Notes under the pieces: generated by a model
The model's database searches: none
What the model was told of the DNA's origin: nothing
The model's input: the letters and a program-made list of their open reading frames with translations, nothing else
Translations under genes and position numbers: made by a program
Source of the DNA: Agarilytica sp.
GTDB taxonomy: Bacteria; Pseudomonadota; Gammaproteobacteria; Pseudomonadales; Cellvibrionaceae
Assembly: GCA_045430305.1 (NCBI GenBank)
Contig: JAILXW010000002.1
Location: 387,953 to 451,952, forward strand
DNA: 64,000 nucleotides
Direction of reading: 5' to 3'
Part shown: piece by piece, positions 17,771 to 26,769 of the stretch
How positions within the stretch are numbered: the first letter of the stretch is position 1
Layout: each line of letters starts with the position of its first letter

Positions 17771-19607
17771 CGTGTCCGAACCTGAGTTTGACAGTTTGTT
17801 GGCAGTTTCTTACCGTATTAAACGCACTTTTTAGCTGGTGACGGGTTAGAGGTGACACGCTGTCTGGGTCGAGATTGTTGCTTGGAGTGAGTCCTTTCGC
17901 TAATAGATGTTGTTGGTTTTCTAGTCTCAGAGCGGCGATAAATTCGTGTGCATCACAAAGACTGTCAGCTGTTTCTTGGTGAAGCGCTTGATGTTTTTTT
18001 AATGCTCGAATACGGTCAAGCGTGTTTACCTCGTCAATGCCTTGCGACAAGGTGTATAACCTAGCAATATCAACTATAGGTATTGTACCCCGGTGTTTCA
18101 TGTCTAAAACAGAATTATGATCGCCATCTTTTTCCAGTACAAAAGTCTTAAAAAAACCTAGGGGTGGTGAGTGGCTCAAGGCGTTTTGGGTGAGGCAGGC
18201 GAGGAAGATGCTATTGTTTTTCGCTTTTTCTAATACGGCATTACGTAAATCGCGAACTAAGCCATCGTTCCCGGTTAGCATTCTCATGTCATAAAAAATA
18301 CTAGCATGCATCAGTGCCTTTGGGTCTGGCTCTTCGATCCACTGAAAGAATTTTTTTCGCCAATCTTCTTCTCGTAAGCACCATTTTGGGTTCATTGCCA
18401 TGACGTCTCCGGGGCATAATTTTACACCGCACTGGCCAAGGCCTTCACAGACAAATTTTGCTAGAGAAAGAAAATACTGGATGTGCTCTTCATTTGCGTC
18501 GTTGGCAAGAATGAGGCCGTTGTCTTGATCTGAATTTAAAGCCTGTTCTTTTCTTCCTTGCGAACCAAAAGCGAGCCATGCGTAGGGCACGGGGGCTTCG
18601 CCTAGTCGTTTTTCGGCTAGGTGTATTAAGCGAATGGTGAGCGCATCGGTGATCGATGTAATGATACGGCCAATTTCTTCTGCTCTCACCGATGCAAGAA
18701 TGAGCTTTTCGATTAAGCTCGGAAGTTTAGTAAAGGTGTCCCGTAATTTATCGACGGAATTATCGCGTTTAATCGCTTGTATTAAAAATAATGGTTCAGA
18801 GTTTCTTGATCGAATTAGGTCGCTTAAGCTAGTAATTCCAAGTAATTTTCCTTCATCAGTGACGGGCAAGTGGTGAATCTGTTGCGACATCATCGTGAGG
18901 TAGCTTTCATGAACCGTTGCGCGAGGCGAAAGTTGAATAGGGTCGTGCGTCATGATGGCTTCAATGGGAAGCGATAGGTCTAAATTATTTGCTACAGCTC
19001 GCGTGCGTAAGTCTCGGTCAGTGACAATGCCAAGTACCTTGTCGTTTTCTGTGATTAACAAGGATGATACCTGGTGGTCCGACATTACTTTAGCGGCCCA
19101 ATGAATGGAGGTAGTGGGGCGGGTTGTGGCGACATGTTTTTGCATGATTTGAGCAATGCTTAAACCAAATTCGACATCTTGAGAAACGTTTGTACTAGGC
19201 GTTTGTATTCGACGTTTGTATTCGCGTGTGAAAAACTGGTCGAAAGTCGGGTGGTTATGACGGAGGTGTGAAAACTCTTCAAGAGAAATTTGGAAAACTA
19301 GGCCGTCTTCAAGCACCTTAAACGTGTTTATGGAATCTTCGCCGCTAAGTATGGGGCCATACCCAAAACAATCGCCGGTACTGATCCGGTCTATCAATAG
19401 GCCCTTTTCTGAACGAATTTCTACACTGCCACTGCGCAATATACGTAGGCTTTTAGGGTTACTGTTGACGTTTACTTGTTGACCTGCTTTTACGTACGCG
19501 ACTTCAATTCTTTTCGAAAGTTGTGCGAGTACACTTTTATCAACCTCGTTGAAAGGTGGGTAGAAGGTAAGAAACTCAATAACATCTTGAAAGCTATTCA
19601 TTTTCAA
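17760..19607 (-). CDS. cNMP-binding / CBS pair / DUF294 putative nucleotidyltransferase
   Basis: N-terminal cNMP-like domain (LRSGSVEI...GDCFG), two CBS repeats (GIVTDRDLR, GITSLSDL), FGSQGRKEQ...SDQDN nucleotidyltransferase motif. Confidence 0.9.
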   Translation of the reverse strand: MKMNSFQDVIEFLTFYPPFNEVDKSVLAQLSKRIEVAYVKAGQQVNVNSNPKSLRILRSGSVEIRSEKGLLIDRISTGDCFGYGPILSGEDSINTFKVLEDGLVFQISLEEFSHLRHNHPTFDQFFTREYKRRIQTPSTNVSQDVEFGLSIAQIMQKHVATTRPTTSIHWAAKVMSDHQVSSLLITENDKVLGIVTDRDLRTRAVANNLDLSLPIEAIMTHDPIQLSPRATVHESYLTMMSQQIHHLPVTDEGKLLGITSLSDLIRSRNSEPLFLIQAIKRDNSVDKLRDTFTKLPSLIEKLILASVRAEEIGRIITSITDALTIRLIHLAEKRLGEAPVPYAWLAFGSQGRKEQALNSDQDNGLILANDANEEHIQYFLSLAKFVCEGLGQCGVKLCPGDVMAMNPKWCLREEDWRKKFFQWIEEPDPKALMHASIFYDMRMLTGNDGLVRDLRNAVLEKAKNNSIFLACLTQNALSHSPPLGFFKTFVLEKDGDHNSVLDMKHRGTIPIVDIARLYTLSQGIDEVNTLDRIRALKKHQALHQETADSLCDAHEFIAALRLENQQHLLAKGLTPSNNLDPDSVSPLTRHQLKSAFNTVRNCQQTVKLRFGHGVI

Positions 19608-20073
19608 GTAAAAACATGGTTTTTGTTTCAGCGTAGTAAAAAACTTCTGAGGAGCTTAGTGCCAAGCGTAAGGCGCTTATTTTGTTGCTAGAGTCTGGCA
19701 GCAATATACCCTGTTTACCCTCATTGCCAATCGGGCTGGTATCGGCAGACATGAATGTCTTTCCATTTTCGTCAAGCAATGAAAATCGCGCGCCATCAAT
19801 AGGAAAGTTTGAATCAATTGCTAACCAAGTACCCTTGCTTTGATCTGAAGTATAAGGATGTATATCTATTCTAAAATCGTTATTTATGAGTGTGCATTGG
19901 CCACTTTCATAACGACAATTTGGTTTAGCAATTAGGGGGTATGAGCTACCTGGTTTTGCTATAAGTGGTTGTGGGCCGGAGATTTTTCCGATCGCGAACC
20001 AAGTTAGCACTGCCAAAATTGGTGCTACCAGCATAGCGACAATAAAATGTTTATTCGTAAGTACGCTGATCAT
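19594..20073 (-). CDS. Hypothetical single-pass membrane protein
   Basis: N-terminal TM helix FIVAMLVAPILAVLTWFAIG, Cys pair NCRYESGQC; overlaps the downstream CBS gene. Confidence 0.7.
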   Translation of the reverse strand: MISVLTNKHFIVAMLVAPILAVLTWFAIGKISGPQPLIAKPGSSYPLIAKPNCRYESGQCTLINNDFRIDIHPYTSDQSKGTWLAIDSNFPIDGARFSLLDENGKTFMSADTSPIGNEGKQGILLPDSSNKISALRLALSSSEVFYYAETKTMFLLENE

Positions 20074-20121
20074 TTTAGTCCATCCTATTTTTGATACTGA
20101 ATGATAGTACAGTAAGGTAAA

Positions 20122-20146
20122 TCGCGGACGGTGAGACCGTCCGCGA
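20122..20146. terminator. Hairpin after actP
   Basis: Perfect 10-bp stem tcgcggacgg / ccgtccgcga with loop tgaga. Confidence 0.6.
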
Positions 20147-20154
20147 GTAGGGTT

Positions 20155-21885
20155 TTAGTGAGCAACCGAAGTGCCAGCACCTGTTGGAACGCGAATATGT
20201 TCCACAAGTTCTTGTACTTTTTTCGGTGGAGCATCGGTCACGCGCGATACAGCATTAGCAACTGCAAAGTTGATGACCGCACCAATGGCACCAAATGCGT
20301 TTGGTTCAATCCCAAAGAACCAGTTTGCAGGCATGTCACCCAAGAATGATGTGCTAGCAACAAACATGATGCCTTTGTGCTGGAAGACATACAGCAAGGT
20401 AATTGAGATACCAGCGATCATGCCCGCGATTGCACCTTCCTTATTAATGCGAGTGCTGAATATACCCATCATCAATGCAGGGAAGATTGAAGACGCTGCC
20501 AGACCGAAGGCCAGAGCCACTGTTCCTGCCGCAAAATCTGGAGGATTAAAGCCGAGATAGCCCGCGACACCAATGGCGCCAGCCATCGCGATTCGGCTTG
20601 CTCGAAGTTCATGCTTTTCACTGATATCCGGCATTAGTACGCCCTTGAGTAAGTCGTGCGAAATTGCCGATGCAATGGCAAGCAATAAGCCTGCAGCGGT
20701 GGAAAGTGCTGCTGCTAAGCCGCCCGCAGCAACTAGTGCAATTACCCAGTTGGGAAGGCGTGCAATTTCTGGGTTGGCCAGTACCATAATATCGCGATCG
20801 ACTTTTACCATTTCATTGGCAGATTTGTCTGCGGAGTACTGAATTCGGCCATCGCCATTTTTATCTTCAAATTTGAGCAGGCCTGTTTTTTCCCAGTTGG
20901 CAAACCAGGCGGGGCGTTCGTCATATGCGAGATGTTGGCCTGGCTGAGGTTCAATCGTGTCAATCAAATTGAGGCGAGCCATCGCTGCAACAGCGGGTGC
21001 AGTAGTGTAAAGAATAGCGATGAAGACTAAAGCCCAGCCAGCAGACGTTCGTGCATCTTTCACTTTAGGTACCGTGAAAAAACGAATGATCACGTGAGGT
21101 AAGCCTGCAGTACCAATCATCAAAGACATCGTATACACAAACATATTTAAGTGGCTCAGCCTTGCGGAGGTCGTGTACTGATCAAACCCCAGCTCCGTGA
21201 CGACTTGATCCAGCCTATCCAGCAAGAAGGTATCTGTGCCTACCATCGTCGAGCCTAGCCCCAGTTGTGGGAATGGGTTGCCCGTTAGTTGCAAAGAAAT
21301 AAACACCGCGGGCACCGTGTACGCAAGAATAAGTACACAGTATTGTGCAATTTGCGTGTAGGTAATGCCCTTCATGCCGCCTAGTACGGCGTAGATAAAT
21401 ACGATAGTCATACCGACGAGTAGGCCGGTTTCGTATTGCACTTCTAGAAATCTTGAGAAAGCAACGCCGACGCCTTTCATTTGACCAATTACGTAAGTAA
21501 CGGAAGCGAGAATTAAACACAAAACCGCAACGATACGTGCAGTGCGTGAATAAAAACGATCGCCAATAAATTCCGGAACAGTGAATTTTCCGAATTTACG
21601 AAGGTATGGTGCGAGTAGAAGCGCTAATAAAACGTAACCACCCGTCCAGCCCATCAAGAAGACGGAACCGCCGTAACCTAAGAAGGCGATGAGGCCTGCC
21701 ATTGAAATAAACGATGCTGCCGACATCCAATCAGCACCAGTAGCCATACCATTGGCAACAGGGTGAATACCGCCACCTGCAACGTAGAATTCACTGGTAG
21801 AACCTGCACGTGCCCAAATAGCAATACCTATGTAAACCGTGAATGTAAAGCCGACAACAATATATGTGAGAGTTTGAAGATCCAT
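20155..21885 (-). CDS. actP: Sodium:solute symporter, ActP-like acetate permease
   Basis: FYVAGGG, GMATGADWMSAASFISMAG, GTAGLPHVIIRFFTVP; preceded by DUF4212 and located in the acs/crbS locus. Confidence 0.88.
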   Translation of the reverse strand: MDLQTLTYIVVGFTFTVYIGIAIWARAGSTSEFYVAGGGIHPVANGMATGADWMSAASFISMAGLIAFLGYGGSVFLMGWTGGYVLLALLLAPYLRKFGKFTVPEFIGDRFYSRTARIVAVLCLILASVTYVIGQMKGVGVAFSRFLEVQYETGLLVGMTIVFIYAVLGGMKGITYTQIAQYCVLILAYTVPAVFISLQLTGNPFPQLGLGSTMVGTDTFLLDRLDQVVTELGFDQYTTSARLSHLNMFVYTMSLMIGTAGLPHVIIRFFTVPKVKDARTSAGWALVFIAILYTTAPAVAAMARLNLIDTIEPQPGQHLAYDERPAWFANWEKTGLLKFEDKNGDGRIQYSADKSANEMVKVDRDIMVLANPEIARLPNWVIALVAAGGLAAALSTAAGLLLAIASAISHDLLKGVLMPDISEKHELRASRIAMAGAIGVAGYLGFNPPDFAAGTVALAFGLAASSIFPALMMGIFSTRINKEGAIAGMIAGISITLLYVFQHKGIMFVASTSFLGDMPANWFFGIEPNAFGAIGAVINFAVANAVSRVTDAPPKKVQELVEHIRVPTGAGTSVAH

Positions 21886-21895
21886 GGTGTGCCTC

Positions 21896-22159
21896 CTATT
21901 CGTCTTCTAAGCCAAATTTACGATCAAGTTTTGCCATCTGGCGCGCGTAAATGTAAATCAATGCCACGAAGGCATAAATTGAACCTTGCTGCGCAAACCA
22001 GAAACCTAGTTTGTAACCGCCTATTTTTATTGCGTTAAGGGCATCGACAAAGATGATGCCGCATCCAAAAGAAACCACAAACCACACGACGAGGAGAGGT
22101 GTGATTATTTTTAGGTTTTCCTTCCAGTAAGCTTCCGCTTCAGATTTTTTATCAATCAT
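21896..22159 (-). CDS. DUF4212 small membrane partner of the symporter
   Basis: AYWKENL...LVVWFVVSFG...GFWFAQQGSI...YARQMAKLDRKFG; the real start is likely ATG 22159. Confidence 0.9.
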   Translation of the reverse strand: MIDKKSEAEAYWKENLKIITPLLVVWFVVSFGCGIIFVDALNAIKIGGYKLGFWFAQQGSIYAFVALIYIYARQMAKLDRKFGLEDE

Positions 22160-22220
22160 GGTTTGCACCTCCAATTTAAGACCTTTACACAGTAACAAGG
22201 CGATTTCTAAAAAGCCCCAC

Positions 22221-22250
22221 GACTTTGGTCTAAGCGTCGACCATAGTCGA
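22221..22250. promoter_or_regulatory. Two GAC-N4-GTC palindromic boxes (putative CrbR sites)
   Basis: GACtttgGTC (22221-22230) and tcGACcataGTCga (22237-22250), between the divergent DUF4212-actP and crbS genes. Confidence 0.65.
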
Positions 22251-22388
22251 AGCCGCAACCGCTATACTTGCTACTTAGAAGAGGTCTTCTCATTCCTTTC
22301 GGGAATGTATTCGCCCCAATATGGCATGTGGGGTAGATATAGAGCCGGGAACGCGCGCTAGAGACGAGCCTTTTATTGGAGCAGAATT

Positions 22389-25300
22389 ATGTCGATCACA
22401 ATCATTATCAGCGTTTTAGTGTTTTACTTGGCTAGTCTGTTTTGGGTGGCAAGTTATGCTGATAAACACCAGTTTGTTGAAGACTCTTGGACGAAAAGCC
22501 CTTGGATTTACGCCTTAGCTCTGGGCGTATATTGCACCTCATGGACATTTTATGGGTTAGTAGGCACTGCTGCCTCGAAGGGGTGGGGATTCTTGCCCAT
22601 TTTGTTGGGGCCATTTTTGTTGTTTGTATTTGGTCAGGGCCTTTTAAGTCGTATTTCAACACTATGTAAGCAAGAGAACGTACGCAGTATCGCGGATTTT
22701 TTTGCAGCGCGGTATGGAAAGCGCCGCGGCATAGCGACCTGCGTCACCCTGATTGTTCTAGTGTCGACTATTCCCTATATCGCTCTACAGATTAAAGCCG
22801 TAAGTGATTCTTTTTTATTAGTTTCGTCTGAGGGGGCCTACTCCCAAGAGCAGTTAGGTTTGTTCACTGCGGCAGCCATGATTGTGTTCGCACTGGTTTT
22901 TGGTGTGAAGCGCTTAGATACCTCGGGCTATCACGCGGGGTTGATGAGTGCTGTTGCGTTTGAGTCGGCAGTGAAGTTGCTGGCGTTATTTTGTTTGGCA
23001 ATATTCGCTTCGCTGCTAATTACCACGGCTACTTCTGAGGAAGTAGAAATCGCCTACGCGCCATTTCAAGCATCTATATTTGATTTTCGTTTTGTTATTG
23101 AAACGCTGGTTTCAGCGGCAGCTATCTTATGTTTGCCAAGAATGTTTCACGTCACCTTTGTTGAGAACCTTTCTGGTGAGCATTTAAGAAAAGCGCGATT
23201 TATCTTTCCTTTATATCTGGCTGTTATAGCGCTTTGTGTGTATATCGCGGCGCTTGCGGGTAACGCGGTGTTAAGTGGCGGCGATACTTCTGGTGATGCA
23301 TACGTCATCTTTTTGCCCTTGTCACAGGGGCATGAAGCGTTAAGTCTGCTTATATTAATTGGTGGTTTTTCTGCTGCCACAGCTATGATCATTGTTGCCT
23401 CAGTGACGTTAAGTCATATGTTAAGTAACGACGTGATTTTACCTGTTTTAATTCAGCGTAATACGCGCAAATCTATTTCTCCGGATTATTCGCGTTCGCT
23501 CATTTTAGCTAGGCGCCTCACGGTGATTCTCGTGATTGGTATGGCTTATGTGTATCAGCGATTACTCGCTGGTAACGCGGCCCTAACCGACATTGGTCTT
23601 ATCGCCTTTGCGCTGGTCGTACAGCTAGCCCCGCCTCTATTATTTGGTTTGTATTCCTTGCGCGGAAACGCAATAGCAACCTACGCGGGTTTAGCGTCTG
23701 GCTGTAGTATTTGGCTTCTCATGTTAATGCTGCCGTTATTATCTCGAGCAGGTGTTATCTCGGATGCTGTACTTGTCGAAGGTCTATTTGGTATTTCGTG
23801 GTTACGGCCTGAATATTTTCTTAATTTTACGTTTTCCGATGCATTTACCCGTGGTGTGGTATTGAGCTTAAGCGGCAATATTCTGGTGTACTGGCTGGTC
23901 GCCCAATGGGTTAAACCTAATTTATCTGATCGTATTCAAGCACGTGCTTTTCTAAATTTGTCTCGCGCTGAGCCCAGTACACATCATCATCAGGAATATA
24001 AATTAGATGATGTGAGCACCTTGCTAACTCAATTCTTAGGTGAATCTGTTACAGAAAAGTTAATCGCAAACCATAGAACTGGGGGCGAAGATAATGAAGC
24101 GGTAAACCCTGAGTTACTGAGTGCCGCTGAGCATGGGCTTTCTGGTATCGTCGGCGTTGCTTCTGCTCGTGCCATGTTGGCAACGTTAAAAACGGGTGAT
24201 CACCTAGGTGTAGAAGACGTTGTTAATATTTTTGAAGAAACAACTCGGGCGTTGCGTTTTAATCAAGATATGATCGTCGCCTCTTTTGAAAGTATTTCAT
24301 CTGCGATTAGTGTGGCGAATGAAGAGTTAAAGCTCGTTAGTTGGAATAGGCGCTATGAAGAAATGTTTGACTACCCGGAAGGTATGTTGCGTGTAGGTGC
24401 GCCGATTGACGAGTTAGTACGCTTCAATGCAGAGCGAGGTATGCTAGGTTCTGGCGCTGTCGACGACCATGTTCAAAAACGTTTGAATCACCTCAAATCC
24501 GGGAAGGGATACAGAGTGGTAAGAAATCACGGTGACTGTGTTATTGAAATAAAAGGAAGCCCTTTACCAAATGGTGGTTACGTTACGACCTACGACGACA
24601 TTAGCGAATTTATTAGTGCGCAAGACCAGTTGGAAAAAACCAACGAGTACCTGGAGCGGCGGGTAAAAGAGCGAACCCTAGAGTTGGAAGCCGCGCAAAA
24701 AGAAGCTGAAAATGTAAATCGAAGTAAATCTCGATTTTTGGCGTTAGCCTCACACGATATTCTTCAGCCTCTTAATGCTGCGAATCTTTACGTCAATATA
24801 TTATTGGAAAATGCTCGAAAAACGGGCGATAAAAATTATGAAACGGTTGAATATTTACATCAGGCAATTGAGTCTAGTGAAAGTATAATTTCTACCTTGT
24901 TAGAAATTTCAAAGTTAGATACAGGGGCTTTGAGTACAGAAATATGCGATACAGATTTACATCATATTTTATCTTCCTTGGTACATGAATTTGACGTTCA
25001 GCTAGAAAAAGATATTGAGCTCCGTTTTGTCGATACAAAACTGATGGTGCGGTCTGATCCACGATACCTCCGTCGAATTTTACAAAACTTTCTTTCTAAT
25101 GCAGTGAAATATACCCAGCGAGGAAAGATCTTGGTGGGGTGTAAGCGGCGTGGGCGGCAGGTAGAAATAGGCGTGATTGATACAGGCCCGGGCATTCATC
25201 CTGAAGAACAACAGCGTATTTTTGAAGATTTTTATCGATCAACATCTCAGCAGACCGTTAAAGGCTTAGGGTTGGGGTTAGCAGTTGCTACTCGCTTTTC

Positions 25301-25829
25301 TAATTTATTGGGCCATGATATTCGCAGTTCAAGCCGATTAGGGTGTGGCAGTAGTTTCTCTGTGTTGGTGCCTTTGGCTGTATCTAGGTCGCCTGATTTG
25401 CCGTCGTCTATTGGAATCGAAAACTTTTCTTCAAGTGTGCTCGCGGGGGCGCGCATCTTTTATTTAGATGATGATGGGCAAAATATCCATGCAATGGAAA
25501 CCCTATTGCGAGGTTGGGAATGTTTACCTACAACGGCCGATACGGTTAAAGAAGCGGTATTTCTGGCGCGCTCTGAAATCGAAAATACGCCAGATTTGTT
25601 GCTGATGGATTGGCAGCTAGACCAGGGGCAAGATGGAATATCTGCAGCAAAACAATTGCATGATATTTGGGGGGTGAATGTACCGACCTGCATTGTGTCG
25701 GCGTCTCAAGAACCCGATTTATCGAAATTGGTTGCTTCCCACGGGTTTGAGTTTTTACGTAAACCGATAAAGCCAGGGAAGTTACGGGCTATTCTCGAGC
25801 AAATGTTGACCCGATCAAGAAGCAGCTAA
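22389..25829 (+). CDS. crbS: Hybrid sensor kinase with SLC5-like transporter domain, PAS, histidine kinase and receiver (CrbS family)
   Basis: Multi-pass N-terminus with LALGVYCTSWTFYG; WNRRYEEMFDYP PAS; H-box ASHDILQPL; NAVKYT, DTGPGI, GLGLGL; receiver LLMDWQL. Confidence 0.9.
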   Translation: MSITIIISVLVFYLASLFWVASYADKHQFVEDSWTKSPWIYALALGVYCTSWTFYGLVGTAASKGWGFLPILLGPFLLFVFGQGLLSRISTLCKQENVRSIADFFAARYGKRRGIATCVTLIVLVSTIPYIALQIKAVSDSFLLVSSEGAYSQEQLGLFTAAAMIVFALVFGVKRLDTSGYHAGLMSAVAFESAVKLLALFCLAIFASLLITTATSEEVEIAYAPFQASIFDFRFVIETLVSAAAILCLPRMFHVTFVENLSGEHLRKARFIFPLYLAVIALCVYIAALAGNAVLSGGDTSGDAYVIFLPLSQGHEALSLLILIGGFSAATAMIIVASVTLSHMLSNDVILPVLIQRNTRKSISPDYSRSLILARRLTVILVIGMAYVYQRLLAGNAALTDIGLIAFALVVQLAPPLLFGLYSLRGNAIATYAGLASGCSIWLLMLMLPLLSRAGVISDAVLVEGLFGISWLRPEYFLNFTFSDAFTRGVVLSLSGNILVYWLVAQWVKPNLSDRIQARAFLNLSRAEPSTHHHQEYKLDDVSTLLTQFLGESVTEKLIANHRTGGEDNEAVNPELLSAAEHGLSGIVGVASARAMLATLKTGDHLGVEDVVNIFEETTRALRFNQDMIVASFESISSAISVANEELKLVSWNRRYEEMFDYPEGMLRVGAPIDELVRFNAERGMLGSGAVDDHVQKRLNHLKSGKGYRVVRNHGDCVIEIKGSPLPNGGYVTTYDDISEFISAQDQLEKTNEYLERRVKERTLELEAAQKEAENVNRSKSRFLALASHDILQPLNAANLYVNILLENARKTGDKNYETVEYLHQAIESSESIISTLLEISKLDTGALSTEICDTDLHHILSSLVHEFDVQLEKDIELRFVDTKLMVRSDPRYLRRILQNFLSNAVKYTQRGKILVGCKRRGRQVEIGVIDTGPGIHPEEQQRIFEDFYRSTSQQTVKGLGLGLAVATRFSNLLGHDIRSSSRLGCGSSFSVLVPLAVSRSPDLPSSIGIENFSSSVLAGARIFYLDDDGQNIHAMETLLRGWECLPTTADTVKEAVFLARSEIENTPDLLLMDWQLDQGQDGISAAKQLHDIWGVNVPTCIVSASQEPDLSKLVASHGFEFLRKPIKPGKLRAILEQMLTRSRSS

Positions 25830-25841
25830 ATGAAATAATAT

Positions 25842-26501
25842 TTATTTTTCTCCGGAAGCATCATCCGGGTGAAGGGCAATTTTGTTCAGTTCGATAACTG
25901 CTTGTGTTCTGTTTGTTACACCGAGCTTACGAAATATCGATGTGATATGCGCTTTAACGGTTGCTTCAGTCACGCCAATTTCAAAGGCAATTTGTTTATT
26001 AAGCCAGCCTTCTTTCAAAAAACATAATACGCGATATTGTTGTGGCGTCAGTGATGCAATTTTATTCGCGAGTGAGCGCTCTTCTTCGCTAATGGGGCGC
26101 AGTGTTGCGCGATATTTTTCGGGAATCCAGCGATTACCACCCAAAATACTTTCAATAGCTTCGAACATTTTATCTTGGCTTAACGATTTTGTTATGTAGC
26201 CTAAGGCGCCGTGTCCGATAGCGCGATTCACCATGGCTTGCTCTTCACTCGCCGATACAACAACAACAGGAATACTGGGGAACTGTTCGCGAATATTGAC
26301 TAATCCAAATAAATCTTGGCTACCCGGCATGTGTAAGTCGAGTAAAAGTAAATCAATATCGTCGTGATCTTGTATTTCTTGAAGGGTTTCGTTGAGATCT
26401 TGTGATTGGGTAATATTCGATTTTGGGTAGTTGTTTGTAATGACTTGCGTTAGGGCGGCGCGAAAAAGAGGGTGGTCATCGGCAATATGAAAATGGTACA
26501 T
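25842..26501 (-). CDS. crbR: LuxR/NarL-family response regulator (CrbR-like)
   Basis: ADDHPLFR, LLDLHMPG, LTPQQYRVL...LNKQIAFEIGVTEATVKAHITSIFRKLGV; adjacent to crbS and acs. Confidence 0.85.
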   Translation of the reverse strand: MYHFHIADDHPLFRAALTQVITNNYPKSNITQSQDLNETLQEIQDHDDIDLLLLDLHMPGSQDLFGLVNIREQFPSIPVVVVSASEEQAMVNRAIGHGALGYITKSLSQDKMFEAIESILGGNRWIPEKYRATLRPISEEERSLANKIASLTPQQYRVLCFLKEGWLNKQIAFEIGVTEATVKAHITSIFRKLGVTNRTQAVIELNKIALHPDDASGEK

Positions 26502-26696
26502 GACGAAACTCTCGTGTTTTTATTATTTGTCGAACTTAATTTCGTACTTCTTGTGGTAGTTTTGACGTCGTTTTTCGTTAAAACGTAAGGCCTTATACTG
26601 ACTAGCTCTTAAGGCATTTCTTATTGTTTACTTCCCTGCTAAACCTTATTTAAAGATACACTAGATCGCTAAATAATTCTCTGCTTATAACGTGAA

Positions 26697-26728
26697 AAGT
26701 GGCATTTAATATGAATTAAATGCCACTT
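26697..26728. terminator. 14-bp perfect inverted repeat after acs
   Basis: aagtggcatttaat-atga-attaaatgccactt. Confidence 0.65.
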
Positions 26729-26769
26729 ATTGTGTATGAAATTGTTTATATGCTCAGTATTGAAAATGT

